Assembly: GCA_963699755.1 (NCBI GenBank)
Contig: CAVOVB010000008.1
Coordinates: 32,001-96,000, forward strand
Direction of reading: 5' to 3'
Length of the DNA stretch: 64,000 nucleotides
Source: an uncultured delta proteobacterium
GTDB taxonomy: Bacteria > Myxococcota_A > Polyangia > Polyangiales > Houyiibacteriaceae
Shown: positions 26,902 through 36,703 of the stretch, piece by piece
Layout: every line of letters begins with the position of its first letter
Position numbering within the stretch: the stretch's first letter is position 1
Notes under the pieces: model-generated
The model's database searches: none
Told to the model about the DNA's origin: nothing
The model's input: the letters and a program-made list of their open reading frames with translations, nothing else
Position numbers and translations under genes: made by a program

Positions 26902-28888
26902 GTTGAAGCCGGCACTGGATGCGCCGTAGCTGCGCCTGCTCCCAGCGCTCCAGCTCGCCTCGAGCTTGTCGTCGGGCGTTCTGATCTGACGACTCGACAC
27001 CCGGATCCTCGTGGGGATTGCTTTGGTGGTCGTAGAAGAACGTCGCGTCGGCGCCGCGATGATGGATTAGGCGATACCGGTCGCCGCTGATCCCGCCCTT
27101 GGGCTCGTATCCTTTGCTCGAGACGCGAATGCTGCGCAGCCTTGCGCGAATCGTCGCATCGTCGAGCGCGGGTAGACGAAAGCTATCGAAAAGCTGCCGT
27201 CCGCGCACGGGGAACGCTTCGGAAAAGGTTGCGCGGTCCGCTTGGTTCGGATCCAACGTGAAGACGCTCTGCGCGGCGATGTCCGAGGGCAGGGGGAGTC
27301 CGAGAAAATGCAAGACGCTCGGCGCGACGTCGGCAAGCCCGACGCCCACCTGAGGCTCCGCAGGCGCGAACGCCGCGTGCCAGAGCACTAGCGGAACGTC
27401 GACCATCCACGCGTTCAAATAGACGTGATGTCCCCAATAGGAGCTCTCCCCCAATGCTTCGCCGTGATCCGAGAAGAAGATTACCAGGCTGTCATCGAGC
27501 CATCCGTCTTCTTCTAAGTATTCCATCAGGCGGCCGAGCTGCTGATCGAAATAGGCGACCTCACTGAGGTATGCGTTCTTCCTTCCGCTCCCGAACGGAA
27601 ATGCCTGATGCGGCTCATATGGGTCGTGAGGCGAGTAGTAGTGGACCCAGGTCATGACCGAGGCATCGGCTTGGCGCGCGAGTCGGAGGTGTGTGACCAG
27701 CACGTCGGTGGCGTCGGCGTCCGTCTCTGCGTACACGGTTTCAACACCAGGAGCGAGGAACTGCTCTACGATCGGAAGACGAAACCAACCGACCTCTGGC
27801 AGGATGGCGAGTTGCCGGTCGACGTGTGCGCGAGCGCGGGTGAAGATGGTTTCGGGCAAGGACGGCGAGAGGTAGAGCTCCGCTGGACTCAGTCCGGTGA
27901 ACGCGCTGCCCATGGCAAAGAGGGTTGCTGGATAGGTCGAGGTCGCGTTGCTGAATGACACCCCCCTTGCGGCGAGTCGCGAGAGCTCCGGGGTCACGGG
28001 ACGTCCAGCGACTTCCGTGCCCACGACGTCTTTCCGCAGGGCGTCGACGGTGATGATGATCACGTTGCGGCGCCCGGCCGGCGGGATGCCAATCGGCGTG
28101 TCCTCGATGACGGGTGTCGTCTCCCCACAGCCGGCGTCGCTGCCGAACCAACTCGCGTCGCCGCCAACATGAGGAAGTACGTACAAGGTCGCAAGCGCAC
28201 CGGGCCGGCTCTGCGCGATCACTTCGCGTTGACCGGTCGCGACCAGCGATGGCGATAGGCGCGTTCCAGCGCCGAAGAGCAAGCATGCCAATGCAAGACC
28301 GAGTGAGATGCGTGGCTCGGGCGACTCGCGAAGGAGCAGGTAGATTATTCCGCTAACCAGAAGTCCCGCGGGAAAGACGAGCTGTGCCGTCGAGTAGTCG
28401 TAGGCGCGATAGCGGAAGATCGCAGCGGTGAGCAGAGCGACAGCGGCCAAACTGACGGCGATCCACCCCGCCGTGGCAAGTCGGCCACGCACACGGGCGC
28501 CAAGAATCAGCCAGTCCCAGCACGCTCCGGCGAGCAAGCCGAGCGCGACCAGCATCGACAGCCACAGAAGTCCGCCCCGCTGCTGATCGAGCCACTGCGG
28601 TCCGGAGAGCAGGAAGTCGACGTGATCCGCGCCAACGGCCATCGTCGATACGAGCACTGCAAGAGTGGATGCCACGATCACGGACCGCGAGGCGCGAGCG
28701 GACCGATAGCTTGCGGCCAAAGCCAGGGTCGTCGGTATCGAGCCGATGAGCGCGAGCCAGGCAAGCTGGGCGAGCAACCCGATCGAAACACTGCCGCGGG
28801 GGAGCAGACTGGCCAGCAAGAAGAAGGCGGAGCCGAGGTAGGCCGAAGACCAGAGAGTCAGTATCGGGGCAAGCGACCTATTGGGCAT
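26864..28888 (-). CDS. Membrane-anchored sulfatase-like hydrolase/transferase
   Basis: N-terminal TMs; NVIIITVDALRKD, HYYSPHDPY, FFSDHGE, VPLVL. Confidence 0.82.
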   Translation of the reverse strand: MPNRSLAPILTLWSSAYLGSAFFLLASLLPRGSVSIGLLAQLAWLALIGSIPTTLALAASYRSARASRSVIVASTLAVLVSTMAVGADHVDFLLSGPQWLDQQRGGLLWLSMLVALGLLAGACWDWLILGARVRGRLATAGWIAVSLAAVALLTAAIFRYRAYDYSTAQLVFPAGLLVSGIIYLLLRESPEPRISLGLALACLLFGAGTRLSPSLVATGQREVIAQSRPGALATLYVLPHVGGDASWFGSDAGCGETTPVIEDTPIGIPPAGRRNVIIITVDALRKDVVGTEVAGRPVTPELSRLAARGVSFSNATSTYPATLFAMGSAFTGLSPAELYLSPSLPETIFTRARAHVDRQLAILPEVGWFRLPIVEQFLAPGVETVYAETDADATDVLVTHLRLARQADASVMTWVHYYSPHDPYEPHQAFPFGSGRKNAYLSEVAYFDQQLGRLMEYLEEDGWLDDSLVIFFSDHGEALGESSYWGHHVYLNAWMVDVPLVLWHAAFAPAEPQVGVGLADVAPSVLHFLGLPLPSDIAAQSVFTLDPNQADRATFSEAFPVRGRQLFDSFRLPALDDATIRARLRSIRVSSKGYEPKGGISGDRYRLIHHRGADATFFYDHQSNPHEDPGVESSDQNARRQARGELERWEQAQLRRIQCRLQLSDDRPGTTRRE

Positions 28889-30584
28889 CGAGCTCCGCTA
28901 CCTTTTCATCGAGAGACTGCTCGACTCCAATCATCCGTCGCGCTCTCATGGGCGGCTCGAACGCGCTGTGCAGAAGCCGCCACTGGGGACTGTACTCAAC
29001 CGGGGTAAGGCCCCAGACCTCTATGTCACGGCCCTCATGCCGCAGGTCCAGCATGAAGTAGTCGCCGAACTGCCGGTACGGATGACGCGACGCGAACGCT
29101 GCCCGCGCCTCTTCGGGGAACGCGTCGACTGTCGCGATGAACACCCAGCCCGTCGCTCCTTGCTCATTTGGAATCTCTGCGCGCGGGCTTTGTGACCAGC
29201 GGTGGGTTACCCGGTCGAGCGTGATGTCGAACCGGGGCTCGAGACGAAGTGGCTTGAGGCTCGTGTGGAGTTGGACGCCCGTCTCGCGATCGGTCCAAGC
29301 CTTGACGCGCCGGGCGAAGCGGAGCTCGGGGCGACCGGAGTCGTACTCTTCGATCCTGCCCCGGACTGGGGTGAAGAACCACATCGACCCGCCCACATAG
29401 CGCCCCGTCGGAACGATTTGAACGACGCGAATCACGAGGGGAACCAGCAAGAGAAGGACGGAGAAGCTCGACACCAGCCCGGCGCGCGCGCGAATCCAGC
29501 GGGCTGTTTCGAAGAGCGAGGTCGTGACGGCGATCGCGACCGCGGGGAGCACGGGCCATGCCCAGTAGGAATGCACGATGGCGCTCCAGCGAAACGTCCA
29601 GTAGTGCACCATCCCGGCGAACAGAAATGCGACCGGGATCAAGTCACGTACCCTTGCGGTGCCGCGAACCACACGGATGACCCAGAATGCGACCCAGGCG
29701 AGGCACAGCGCGAGAATCGGTGCCGTGAACATCAGCTCCGGGACGACGAGCAAATGTGTTCGAAACCGAGTCCATGAGAGGGCCCTGCGGGAATTGAACG
29801 CTCCTCGGAGATCATCGAGATTCCCAGCGACCCATTGCACCAAGACGAAGTGCCCCACGAACAAGAGCAGAACCCAAGCGCAGAATACGAGCAGCTGCTG
29901 TCCCGACCCGCTGGCCTGCTCCCGGCTGCGGGGGCTGTAGAGGGTCCAGAGCCAATGAACCGCGATGGCGAAGGCGATGTAATACGCCGGCCAGTCCCAG
30001 GTGGCTGCAATCGCGAAGCTGACGAGAAAGAAGGAGAAGCTCGAGGCGCGCCAGGCTGGAGCGCGGCTCGCGCGGACGTAGAGATAGAGCGCGAGCAGGC
30101 TCCAGAAGATGAAGCCAGCCGAGTGGTTGGCCATGTTCGTATAGATAGCGTTGATCGGTAGCGCGACATAGATCGCCGAGGCGGCGAGGGCATGCCCGTC
30201 GTCCCAGAGTCGCCTCACTACCATGAAGAGCATGCAGAGAGCAGCCACGCTCCAGAAGCCCGCCACGAGGCGGATCGAAAGCTCACGGTCGCCGAACAGC
30301 TTCAGGCTAACGACGTCGTTCAGGTGCAAAGCGAGCGGCGCGTGTGTATAGAGCTGTTGCGGGTCCGGCGGGCGGTTGGCCGTCTCATACTGGAGCGGGA
30401 AAAGAACCCCCCAACGCAAGGTGTTCCGGGCGGCGTTGTGGTAGGCAGCACCGTTCCAACCGTTGTGGCCGCGCGTCCATTGATCGGCCACACCCAACAC
30501 CGCCAGGAAGACCTGCAGCGCGAGCAAAATGGCAAAGGCGATGCGAACCGGCCTTCGCCCGTCGCCGACGCGATCAGGCCTCAT
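28878..30584 (-). CDS. GT-C membrane glycosyltransferase (ArnT/PMT-like)
   Basis: Multi-TM; AYHNAARN...YTHAPL...ELSIRL pattern; overlaps the downstream sulfatase-like gene. Confidence 0.7.
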   Translation of the reverse strand: MRPDRVGDGRRPVRIAFAILLALQVFLAVLGVADQWTRGHNGWNGAAYHNAARNTLRWGVLFPLQYETANRPPDPQQLYTHAPLALHLNDVVSLKLFGDRELSIRLVAGFWSVAALCMLFMVVRRLWDDGHALAASAIYVALPINAIYTNMANHSAGFIFWSLLALYLYVRASRAPAWRASSFSFFLVSFAIAATWDWPAYYIAFAIAVHWLWTLYSPRSREQASGSGQQLLVFCAWVLLLFVGHFVLVQWVAGNLDDLRGAFNSRRALSWTRFRTHLLVVPELMFTAPILALCLAWVAFWVIRVVRGTARVRDLIPVAFLFAGMVHYWTFRWSAIVHSYWAWPVLPAVAIAVTTSLFETARWIRARAGLVSSFSVLLLLVPLVIRVVQIVPTGRYVGGSMWFFTPVRGRIEEYDSGRPELRFARRVKAWTDRETGVQLHTSLKPLRLEPRFDITLDRVTHRWSQSPRAEIPNEQGATGWVFIATVDAFPEEARAAFASRHPYRQFGDYFMLDLRHEGRDIEVWGLTPVEYSPQWRLLHSAFEPPMRARRMIGVEQSLDEKVAELDAQ

Positions 30585-30617
30585 ATCGGGGCAGTATGGC
30601 GCCTTGGGCCCTATGCG

Positions 30618-32231
30618 TCAGCTTTCGAGAAGCCTACGCGCAACGACATGTGCCTGAATCTCGTTGGCACCCTCGAAGATGCTGAGGACTCGCGCATCAA
30701 CCAGGAGCCGGGAGGCGACGTACTCTTCGGCATATCCGTTTCCACCATGAATTTGCACATTCGCATCGGCGGACTCCCATGCAGAGCGGGTCGCCAAGAG
30801 CTTTGCCATGCCCGCTTCGAGGTCACAGCGCTTCTCTTGGTCCTTCTCGCGGGCGCTGAAGTAGGTGAGCTGCCGGCCCGCCTCGATGCGGCAGATCATG
30901 CGGCCAATCTTCCGAGCGACACGCGGGAACTGGAAAATCGGTCCGCCGAACTGCTCGCGCTCGGTCGCGTAGAGGATCGCATCCTCGAGTGCGGCCTGTG
31001 CCACGCCGACACCGCGCGCCGCGGTCTGAATGCGCGCGCTTTCGAAGGTGCGCATCAGTTGCTTGAACCCCGCGCCCTCTTCTCCGCCCAGCAGCGAATC
31101 GGCGGGGAGCTCGAAGTCTTCGAAGCCGAGCTCGTACTCCTTCATACCTCGATAGCCGAGCACCTTGATCTCGGTCCCGGTCAGGCCCTCGTCGACGAAT
31201 TCCGCTTCGCCGTCATCGCCAGTGCGACGCGTCTTTTCGGCGAGGAACATCGACAGGCCTTTATAGCCAGGTTCGTCCGTGTTGGTGCGAGCGAGCAGGG
31301 TCATCAGATCGGCGCGGACCGCATGTGTGATCCAGGTCTTCGATCCATTAACCACGTAGCTGCCGTCGTTCTGCTTCACGGCCCGAGTTCCGAGGTGGGC
31401 GAGATCGGAGCCGGTGTTGGGCTCGGTGAATACCGCCGTGGAAAGGACTTCACCCGCAGCGAGCTTCGGGAGCCACTTCTTCTTCTGCTCCTCGGTGCCG
31501 CCGCCCATGATCAGCTCCGCAGCGATTTCGGAGCGCGTGCCGAGCGAGCCAACCCCGATGTACCCGCGCGAGAGCTCCTCCGTGACGACGCACATCGCGA
31601 CCTTGCTCATTCCGAGTCCGTCGTACTCCTCGGGGATGGTGAGCCCGAAGACACCGAGCTCGCTCATCTGGTCGATGATGTCCATGGGGATGAGGATGTC
31701 GTTCCGGTGGATGTCCTGCGCGCGCGGAATGACCTCTACATCCACGAACTTCGAGAACTGCGAGCGGATCTCGTCGAGCATCTCGTCGCCGAGGCCCGGA
31801 TTCGGAAATCCGTGATCCCGGGCGTGCTCCGCGAGCTCGAGGTAGACTCGGCTGTTCGAGTGCTCGTCGGAGAACGCGGTGACATCGGGCTGAAGAAGCG
31901 TTTCCCGCAGGTCCCCCTGGCTGATGCCGAGCTCGCTGAGGCTAATGTTTTCGCAGGCTCCGAGGTCTATGCCGCCGACGACCGTGCGCGCGACCTCGCC
32001 GATGTATGCGCGCGCAACCTTGGCTTCGTACTCGCCGCCCACTCGCTCAGACCAGGCCGCCATTTGTCGGCAGGCTTCGAGCTCGGTAGCCAAGTATGCG
32101 ACCCCATGGGCGGCGAGTTGGTTCGCGTTTAGCTTCTTGGCGCTGATTCGGCCACCTTCGGAGACGAGCGCTTTGACGTTGTCGTGCGCTCGCTGGTACA
32201 CGCCCTCGATGGCTTCGATGACTTTCTCCAT
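30618..32231 (-). CDS. mcd: (2S)-methylsuccinyl-CoA dehydrogenase (acyl-CoA dehydrogenase family)
   Basis: ACAD motifs VFTEPNTGSDL, GYRGMKEYEL, QIHGGNGYAEE, IFEGANEIQ; N-terminal extension; in operon with ccr and ecm. Confidence 0.85.
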   Translation of the reverse strand: MEKVIEAIEGVYQRAHDNVKALVSEGGRISAKKLNANQLAAHGVAYLATELEACRQMAAWSERVGGEYEAKVARAYIGEVARTVVGGIDLGACENISLSELGISQGDLRETLLQPDVTAFSDEHSNSRVYLELAEHARDHGFPNPGLGDEMLDEIRSQFSKFVDVEVIPRAQDIHRNDILIPMDIIDQMSELGVFGLTIPEEYDGLGMSKVAMCVVTEELSRGYIGVGSLGTRSEIAAELIMGGGTEEQKKKWLPKLAAGEVLSTAVFTEPNTGSDLAHLGTRAVKQNDGSYVVNGSKTWITHAVRADLMTLLARTNTDEPGYKGLSMFLAEKTRRTGDDGEAEFVDEGLTGTEIKVLGYRGMKEYELGFEDFELPADSLLGGEEGAGFKQLMRTFESARIQTAARGVGVAQAALEDAILYATEREQFGGPIFQFPRVARKIGRMICRIEAGRQLTYFSAREKDQEKRCDLEAGMAKLLATRSAWESADANVQIHGGNGYAEEYVASRLLVDARVLSIFEGANEIQAHVVARRLLES

Positions 32232-32240
32232 GGCCTGCTC

Positions 32241-33461
32241 CTAACCGTTCGCGATCGCGGCGAGGGTTTCTTCGAGATTCTTGAGCCCCGGGCGGGGCGC
32301 GCCGACCAAGCACGAGACGGTTCCGTGAAGCTTGTTCTCGTACATGAGTTGGTGTGCTTCCGGGATCTCCTCCCAGGTGAAGAGGCGCGTCATGACCGGC
32401 TTGATCTTCCCTTGGATCATGAGACGGTTCGCGCGGCCTGCGGAATCAGCGTCCGCGAAGTGCGAGCCGATGATTCGCTTCTGCCGCATCCAGAGATGAC
32501 GCACGTCGAAGTTGAGGTTGTAGCCGGTGGTTGCGCCGCAGATCACGATCCGCCCGTACTTCGCCGCCAGGAACACACTGGCGGGGAAGGTGGCCTTGCC
32601 GACGTGCTCGAACACGACTTCAGGCCCCTTGCGCTCACCTAGTATCTCCCAGATGCGCTTGCCGAAGGCCTTGAGGTCGGTGCTGTGCGCCTTCTCTTGC
32701 TCCGGCGTCATATTGTCCCTGTACTGAAGGGCAGGGAACTCCTTGCGATTGATGACGCCATGCGCTCCGAGCTGCATGCAGAGCTTCGCCTTGTCGTCGC
32801 TCGACACGACCGCGATGGCCCGCGCGCCTGCGACTGCACAGAGCTGCACCGCAAAGACGCCGAGCCCGCCGCCGGCGCCCCAGATGAGCACGTCCTCTCC
32901 GGGCTCGATCTTCGCGCGGTCGATCAGCATTCGGTGCGCCGTGTAATACGTGAGGCCGTAGCTCGCGGCCTCTTCCCAGCTGAGCTGCGGGGGCTTGGGA
33001 AGCACCTGCTGCCCCTGGACCTTGGTGAACTGTGCGAACGAGCCATCGGGGGTTTCGTAGCCCCAGATCCTCTGCAGGTCGTTGGTTCCGGGGTAGAGGA
33101 GGTGGTTGCAATGCAGCACCACCTCGTCGCCGACCTTGTGGTCGTCGACACCCGGTCCCACGGCCCAGACGACGCCGGACGCGTCGGAACCGGCGATATG
33201 GTAGCCCATGCCGTGGCCCTTGAGCACGTTGACCGGCTCGCCGAGCCCGGCCCAGATGCCGTTGAAGTTCACGCCGGCGGCCATGACCTGGACGAGAACC
33301 TCGCCGGGGCCGGGCTCCCAAACGGGCAGCTCTTCGTGTTTGAAGGATTGCTTGGGTTCCCCGAAACGCTCTGGACGAATCGCATACGCGTGCATTTTCT
33401 CAGGCACGGTACCTAGCTCTGGGATTTGGCCGACGGGTACGATCTTTGGACGTTCACTCAT
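32241..33461 (-). CDS. ccr: Crotonyl-CoA carboxylase/reductase
   Basis: AAGVNFNGIWA, HIAGSDASG, QRIWGYETPDGSFAQF, WMRQKRIIGSHFA. Confidence 0.93.
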   Translation of the reverse strand: MSERPKIVPVGQIPELGTVPEKMHAYAIRPERFGEPKQSFKHEELPVWEPGPGEVLVQVMAAGVNFNGIWAGLGEPVNVLKGHGMGYHIAGSDASGVVWAVGPGVDDHKVGDEVVLHCNHLLYPGTNDLQRIWGYETPDGSFAQFTKVQGQQVLPKPPQLSWEEAASYGLTYYTAHRMLIDRAKIEPGEDVLIWGAGGGLGVFAVQLCAVAGARAIAVVSSDDKAKLCMQLGAHGVINRKEFPALQYRDNMTPEQEKAHSTDLKAFGKRIWEILGERKGPEVVFEHVGKATFPASVFLAAKYGRIVICGATTGYNLNFDVRHLWMRQKRIIGSHFADADSAGRANRLMIQGKIKPVMTRLFTWEEIPEAHQLMYENKLHGTVSCLVGAPRPGLKNLEETLAAIANG

Positions 33462-33468
33462 GTCTTCC

Positions 33469-34476
33469 TCATGCAGTCTTGCCGAGCGCTGCTACATAGT
33501 CCCGGCTCAATTGTTCGCAAAGGCTCAATGGCGTTTCAGCTGCATCGAGCTCTCGTTCGGCGCGTGCTCTGAGCTGCCTCAGGCCACCTAGGGTCGAAAC
33601 CCCGTGCTCACCATGTTTGCGGCCGAAAAGGTCGAGGGTCCATTGGATGTCGCCGCGTCGACGTCGCGTCGCAAGCGTGGGGTCGACGTGCTTCCGGTGC
33701 TGCTCGAGCGCATCGATCAGCTCGTCGATCCCGGTCCCTTTGGTGGCGCTGGTCGCAACGATCGGGGTCTCCCAATCCGCGTCCTGCCCACCCGTGGCCC
33801 CCGCCGCATGGGCGGTTTGGAGGGCGCCCCGGAGATCGGCAACCGCGCGCCGGGCAAGCTCCTCCTGGTCCGCCTTATTCACGACCAAGATGTCCGGGAT
33901 TTCCATGATTCCGGCCTTCAAGAACTGAAGAACGTCGCCGCTTCCGGGCTGAATCACCAGCACGACGCTGTCTGCGACGTGGACGATGTCGATCTCGGAC
34001 TGGCCGACCCCCGTCGTCTCGATGATGACCATGTCATAGGCCGCGGCGAGGACGCGGACGGCCGAGTTGGCTGCGTAGGCCAGGCCACCCACTTCGCCCG
34101 CAGTCGCGAGCGAGCGCACGAAGAGCCCGGCATCACTCGGATCGAAGCTCATGCGGGCGCGATCGCCGAGCAGCGAGCCGCCCGAGCGCACGCTCGAGGG
34201 ATCCACGGCCACGACGCCTACGGTACGACCCCGCTGCCGAACGGCGCGCGCGAGCGCCGAGGTCAGCGTGCTCTTACCGACGCCGGGGGGACCGGTTAGC
34301 CCCACGCGATGCCCGGCGGCTGCTTTGGGAGCGTCTTTGAGCGCTGCCAAAAGCTCCGCGACGCGCGCATGCGACTCGGGCCGTCGATCTTCGACGAGGT
34401 TCAAGGCGCGGGAAACCGCAACCTTGTCTGAAGCCATCACGTGCTTCGCGTCCTGGGCTGGGTCACTCGGCGGCAT
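33469..34476 (-). CDS. meaB: MeaB/ArgK G-protein chaperone of B12-dependent mutases
   Basis: GLTGPPGVGKST, AVDPSS..SGGSLLGDRARM, ETTGVGQSE, KAGIMEI, NKAD. Confidence 0.92.
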   Translation of the reverse strand: MPPSDPAQDAKHVMASDKVAVSRALNLVEDRRPESHARVAELLAALKDAPKAAAGHRVGLTGPPGVGKSTLTSALARAVRQRGRTVGVVAVDPSSVRSGGSLLGDRARMSFDPSDAGLFVRSLATAGEVGGLAYAANSAVRVLAAAYDMVIIETTGVGQSEIDIVHVADSVVLVIQPGSGDVLQFLKAGIMEIPDILVVNKADQEELARRAVADLRGALQTAHAAGATGGQDADWETPIVATSATKGTGIDELIDALEQHRKHVDPTLATRRRRGDIQWTLDLFGRKHGEHGVSTLGGLRQLRARAERELDAAETPLSLCEQLSRDYVAALGKTA

Positions 34477-36469
34477 GCTGGCGGTCCACCAGGTCGATCA
34501 AGTCGCTCATGATGTTGTCGAGCTCGAAGTCCTTCGGGGTGTAGACCGCCGCAACCCCTTCGGCGCGCAGCCGCTCGGCGTCGGCCTCCGGAATGATGCC
34601 ACCGGCGACCACGGGCACGTCACCAAGGCCGGCGTCGCGAAGGCGTCGCAGGACCTCGGGGACCAGCGCGAGATGGGAGCCGCTCAGGATACTGAGACCG
34701 ATCAGATGTACTCCCTCCTCGAGTGCAGAGGCCACGATTTGCGCCGGCGAGACGCGAATCCCCTCGTAGACGACGTCGAAGCCGACGTCGCGCGCCTTGA
34801 TGGCGATTTGCTCCGCGCCGTTCGAATGCCCATCGAGACCCGGCTTACCCACCAAGAGCTTGGCCCGGCGTCCCATCCGTGTCTCGAGCGCGTCGAGTCT
34901 CTTGCGAAGGCGGTCGATGGTTTCGGCGGCGGCTCCGGAACGGGCGGACTTCACGGTGGCGCCAGCGACACCGGTTGGTGCACGGTACTCTCCCCAGACC
35001 TGGCGAAGCGTGTTGGCCCATTCGCCAGTCGTCACGCCAGCATGAGCAGCGGCGATCGATGCGGCCATCATGTTCTCGTCTGTCTTTGCAACACGTTCAA
35101 TCTCCGCGAGTGCAGCGTCGACTGCCGCGTTGTCGCGTTCTTCCTTCCAGCGTTCGAGCGCGGCGCGTTGGCGGGCGTCCACCGCGGGGTCGACCGTCAG
35201 GATCGCATCATCGAGATTCTCGGTCAGTGGGGAGGGCGCGCTTTCGACGTACTTGTTGACGCCCACGACGATCTGTTCGCCGGCCTCGATCGCCCGCAGC
35301 CGCGCGGCATTCGATTCGACGAGCTTCTGTTTGATGTAGCCGCTCTCGACCGCTTCGACCGCACCGCCTCGCTTCAGCACCTCTTGCACCTCAGCCCAAG
35401 CCGAGTCGACCAGCTGCTGCGTCCGTCCTTCGACTACTTCACTGCCCTCGAAGAGATCGGCGTACTCGAGGAGGTCGGTTTCGTAGGCGAGGATTTGCTG
35501 CGCCCTGAGAGACCACTGTTGGTCCCAGGGCCGCGGAAGGCCGAGCGCCTCGTTCCAGGCAGGTAGTTGAACCGCGCGAGCGCGCGCGTCTTTACTGAGC
35601 GTCACCGCTAACATTTCGAGGACGATCCGGATGACGTTGTTCTCCGGTTGCTGCTCGGTCAGGCCCAGAGAATTGACCTGAACGCCGTAGCGGAACCGCC
35701 GCTCCTTCTCATCGCTGACGCCGTAGCGCTCACGCGTGACCCTGTCCCAGAGCTCTACGAACGCGCGCATCTTGCAGAGCTCTTCGACGAACCGAATGCC
35801 CGCGTTGACGAAGAAGCTCATGCGGCCGACGACCTTGCCGAACTCGCGCTCTGGTACGCGTCCCGTTGCTTTCACCGCGTCGAGGACGCCGATCGCGGTG
35901 ACCAAGGCATAGGCAAGCTCCTGCGTAGGCGTCGCGCCAGCTTCCTGCAAGTGGTAGCTGCAGATGTTGATAGGGTTCCACTTGGGAACCTCAATGACGG
36001 TGTAGGTGATCAGATCGGTGATCAAGCGCATCGAGGCCGCGGGCGGAAAGATGTACGTGCCGCGCGAGAGGTACTCCTTGATGATGTCGTTTTGCGTCGT
36101 TCCGCGAAGGACGTGGTGGTCGACGCCCTGGTCTTCAGCTGTCGCGATGTACAGGGACAACAACCAGACGGCGGTCGCGTTGATCGTCATCGACGTGTTC
36201 ATCTGGTCGAGCGGCAGCCCTTTGAAAAGGGCGCGCATGTCGCCGATGTGCGATATCGGGACACCCACCTTGCCGACCTCGCCCCGGGCGAGCGGATCGT
36301 CGGCGTCGTAGCCGGTCTGCGTGGGCAGATCGAACGCCACGCTGAGCCCGGTCTGACCCTTCGCGAGGTTGGTTCGATATAGCTCGTTTGATGCCGCTGC
36401 CGTGCTGTGGCCCGAGTAGGTCCGCATGATCCACGGTTTGTCGCGCTCCCGCTTCCCGTACTCCGCCAT
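34463..36469 (-). CDS. ecm: Ethylmalonyl-CoA mutase (B12-dependent, MeaA)
   Basis: [11 protein letters not shown] (Ecm-type, versus RQYAGF in Mcm), [13 protein letters not shown]12 motif [15 protein letters not shown]. Confidence 0.93.
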   Translation of the reverse strand: MAEYGKRERDKPWIMRTYSGHSTAAASNELYRTNLAKGQTGLSVAFDLPTQTGYDADDPLARGEVGKVGVPISHIGDMRALFKGLPLDQMNTSMTINATAVWLLSLYIATAEDQGVDHHVLRGTTQNDIIKEYLSRGTYIFPPAASMRLITDLITYTVIEVPKWNPINICSYHLQEAGATPTQELAYALVTAIGVLDAVKATGRVPEREFGKVVGRMSFFVNAGIRFVEELCKMRAFVELWDRVTRERYGVSDEKERRFRYGVQVNSLGLTEQQPENNVIRIVLEMLAVTLSKDARARAVQLPAWNEALGLPRPWDQQWSLRAQQILAYETDLLEYADLFEGSEVVEGRTQQLVDSAWAEVQEVLKRGGAVEAVESGYIKQKLVESNAARLRAIEAGEQIVVGVNKYVESAPSPLTENLDDAILTVDPAVDARQRAALERWKEERDNAAVDAALAEIERVAKTDENMMAASIAAAHAGVTTGEWANTLRQVWGEYRAPTGVAGATVKSARSGAAAETIDRLRKRLDALETRMGRRAKLLVGKPGLDGHSNGAEQIAIKARDVGFDVVYEGIRVSPAQIVASALEEGVHLIGLSILSGSHLALVPEVLRRLRDAGLGDVPVVAGGIIPEADAERLRAEGVAAVYTPKDFELDNIMSDLIDLVDRQHAAE

Positions 36470-36703
36470 TGGCCGGTCCTTTCCTCTGCGATTCGCCCGA
36501 GGGGCGCAGAAGCCTACCTCGTTTTGGCTTTGATTGCGTTCTCAACCCTAGCGACCGTTGCGGTGCCCTTTACAGCTTCACACGATCGAGCCTGATGTTT
36601 TTCGATTATCATACGTCCTGCAGGGGTCAAGCGGCCCTCGGGCCCACGCTTTCGCGGTTTCTTGCCTCTGGTGGAACTTGTAAATTTGCGGTAAACCGCT
36701 CCG

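Noticed and set aside
25060..27000. 646-aa minus-strand ORF
   Set aside because: Antisense shadow of the LtaS-like gene; no motifs; expected in high-GC DNA.
30192..32132. 646-aa plus-strand ORF
   Set aside because: Antisense shadow of mcd.
36470..36703. Cobalamin or c-di-GMP riboswitch upstream of ecm
   Set aside because: Only fragmentary resemblance (CCGCAAC; ACGCAA..AAAGCC); conserved cores not found.
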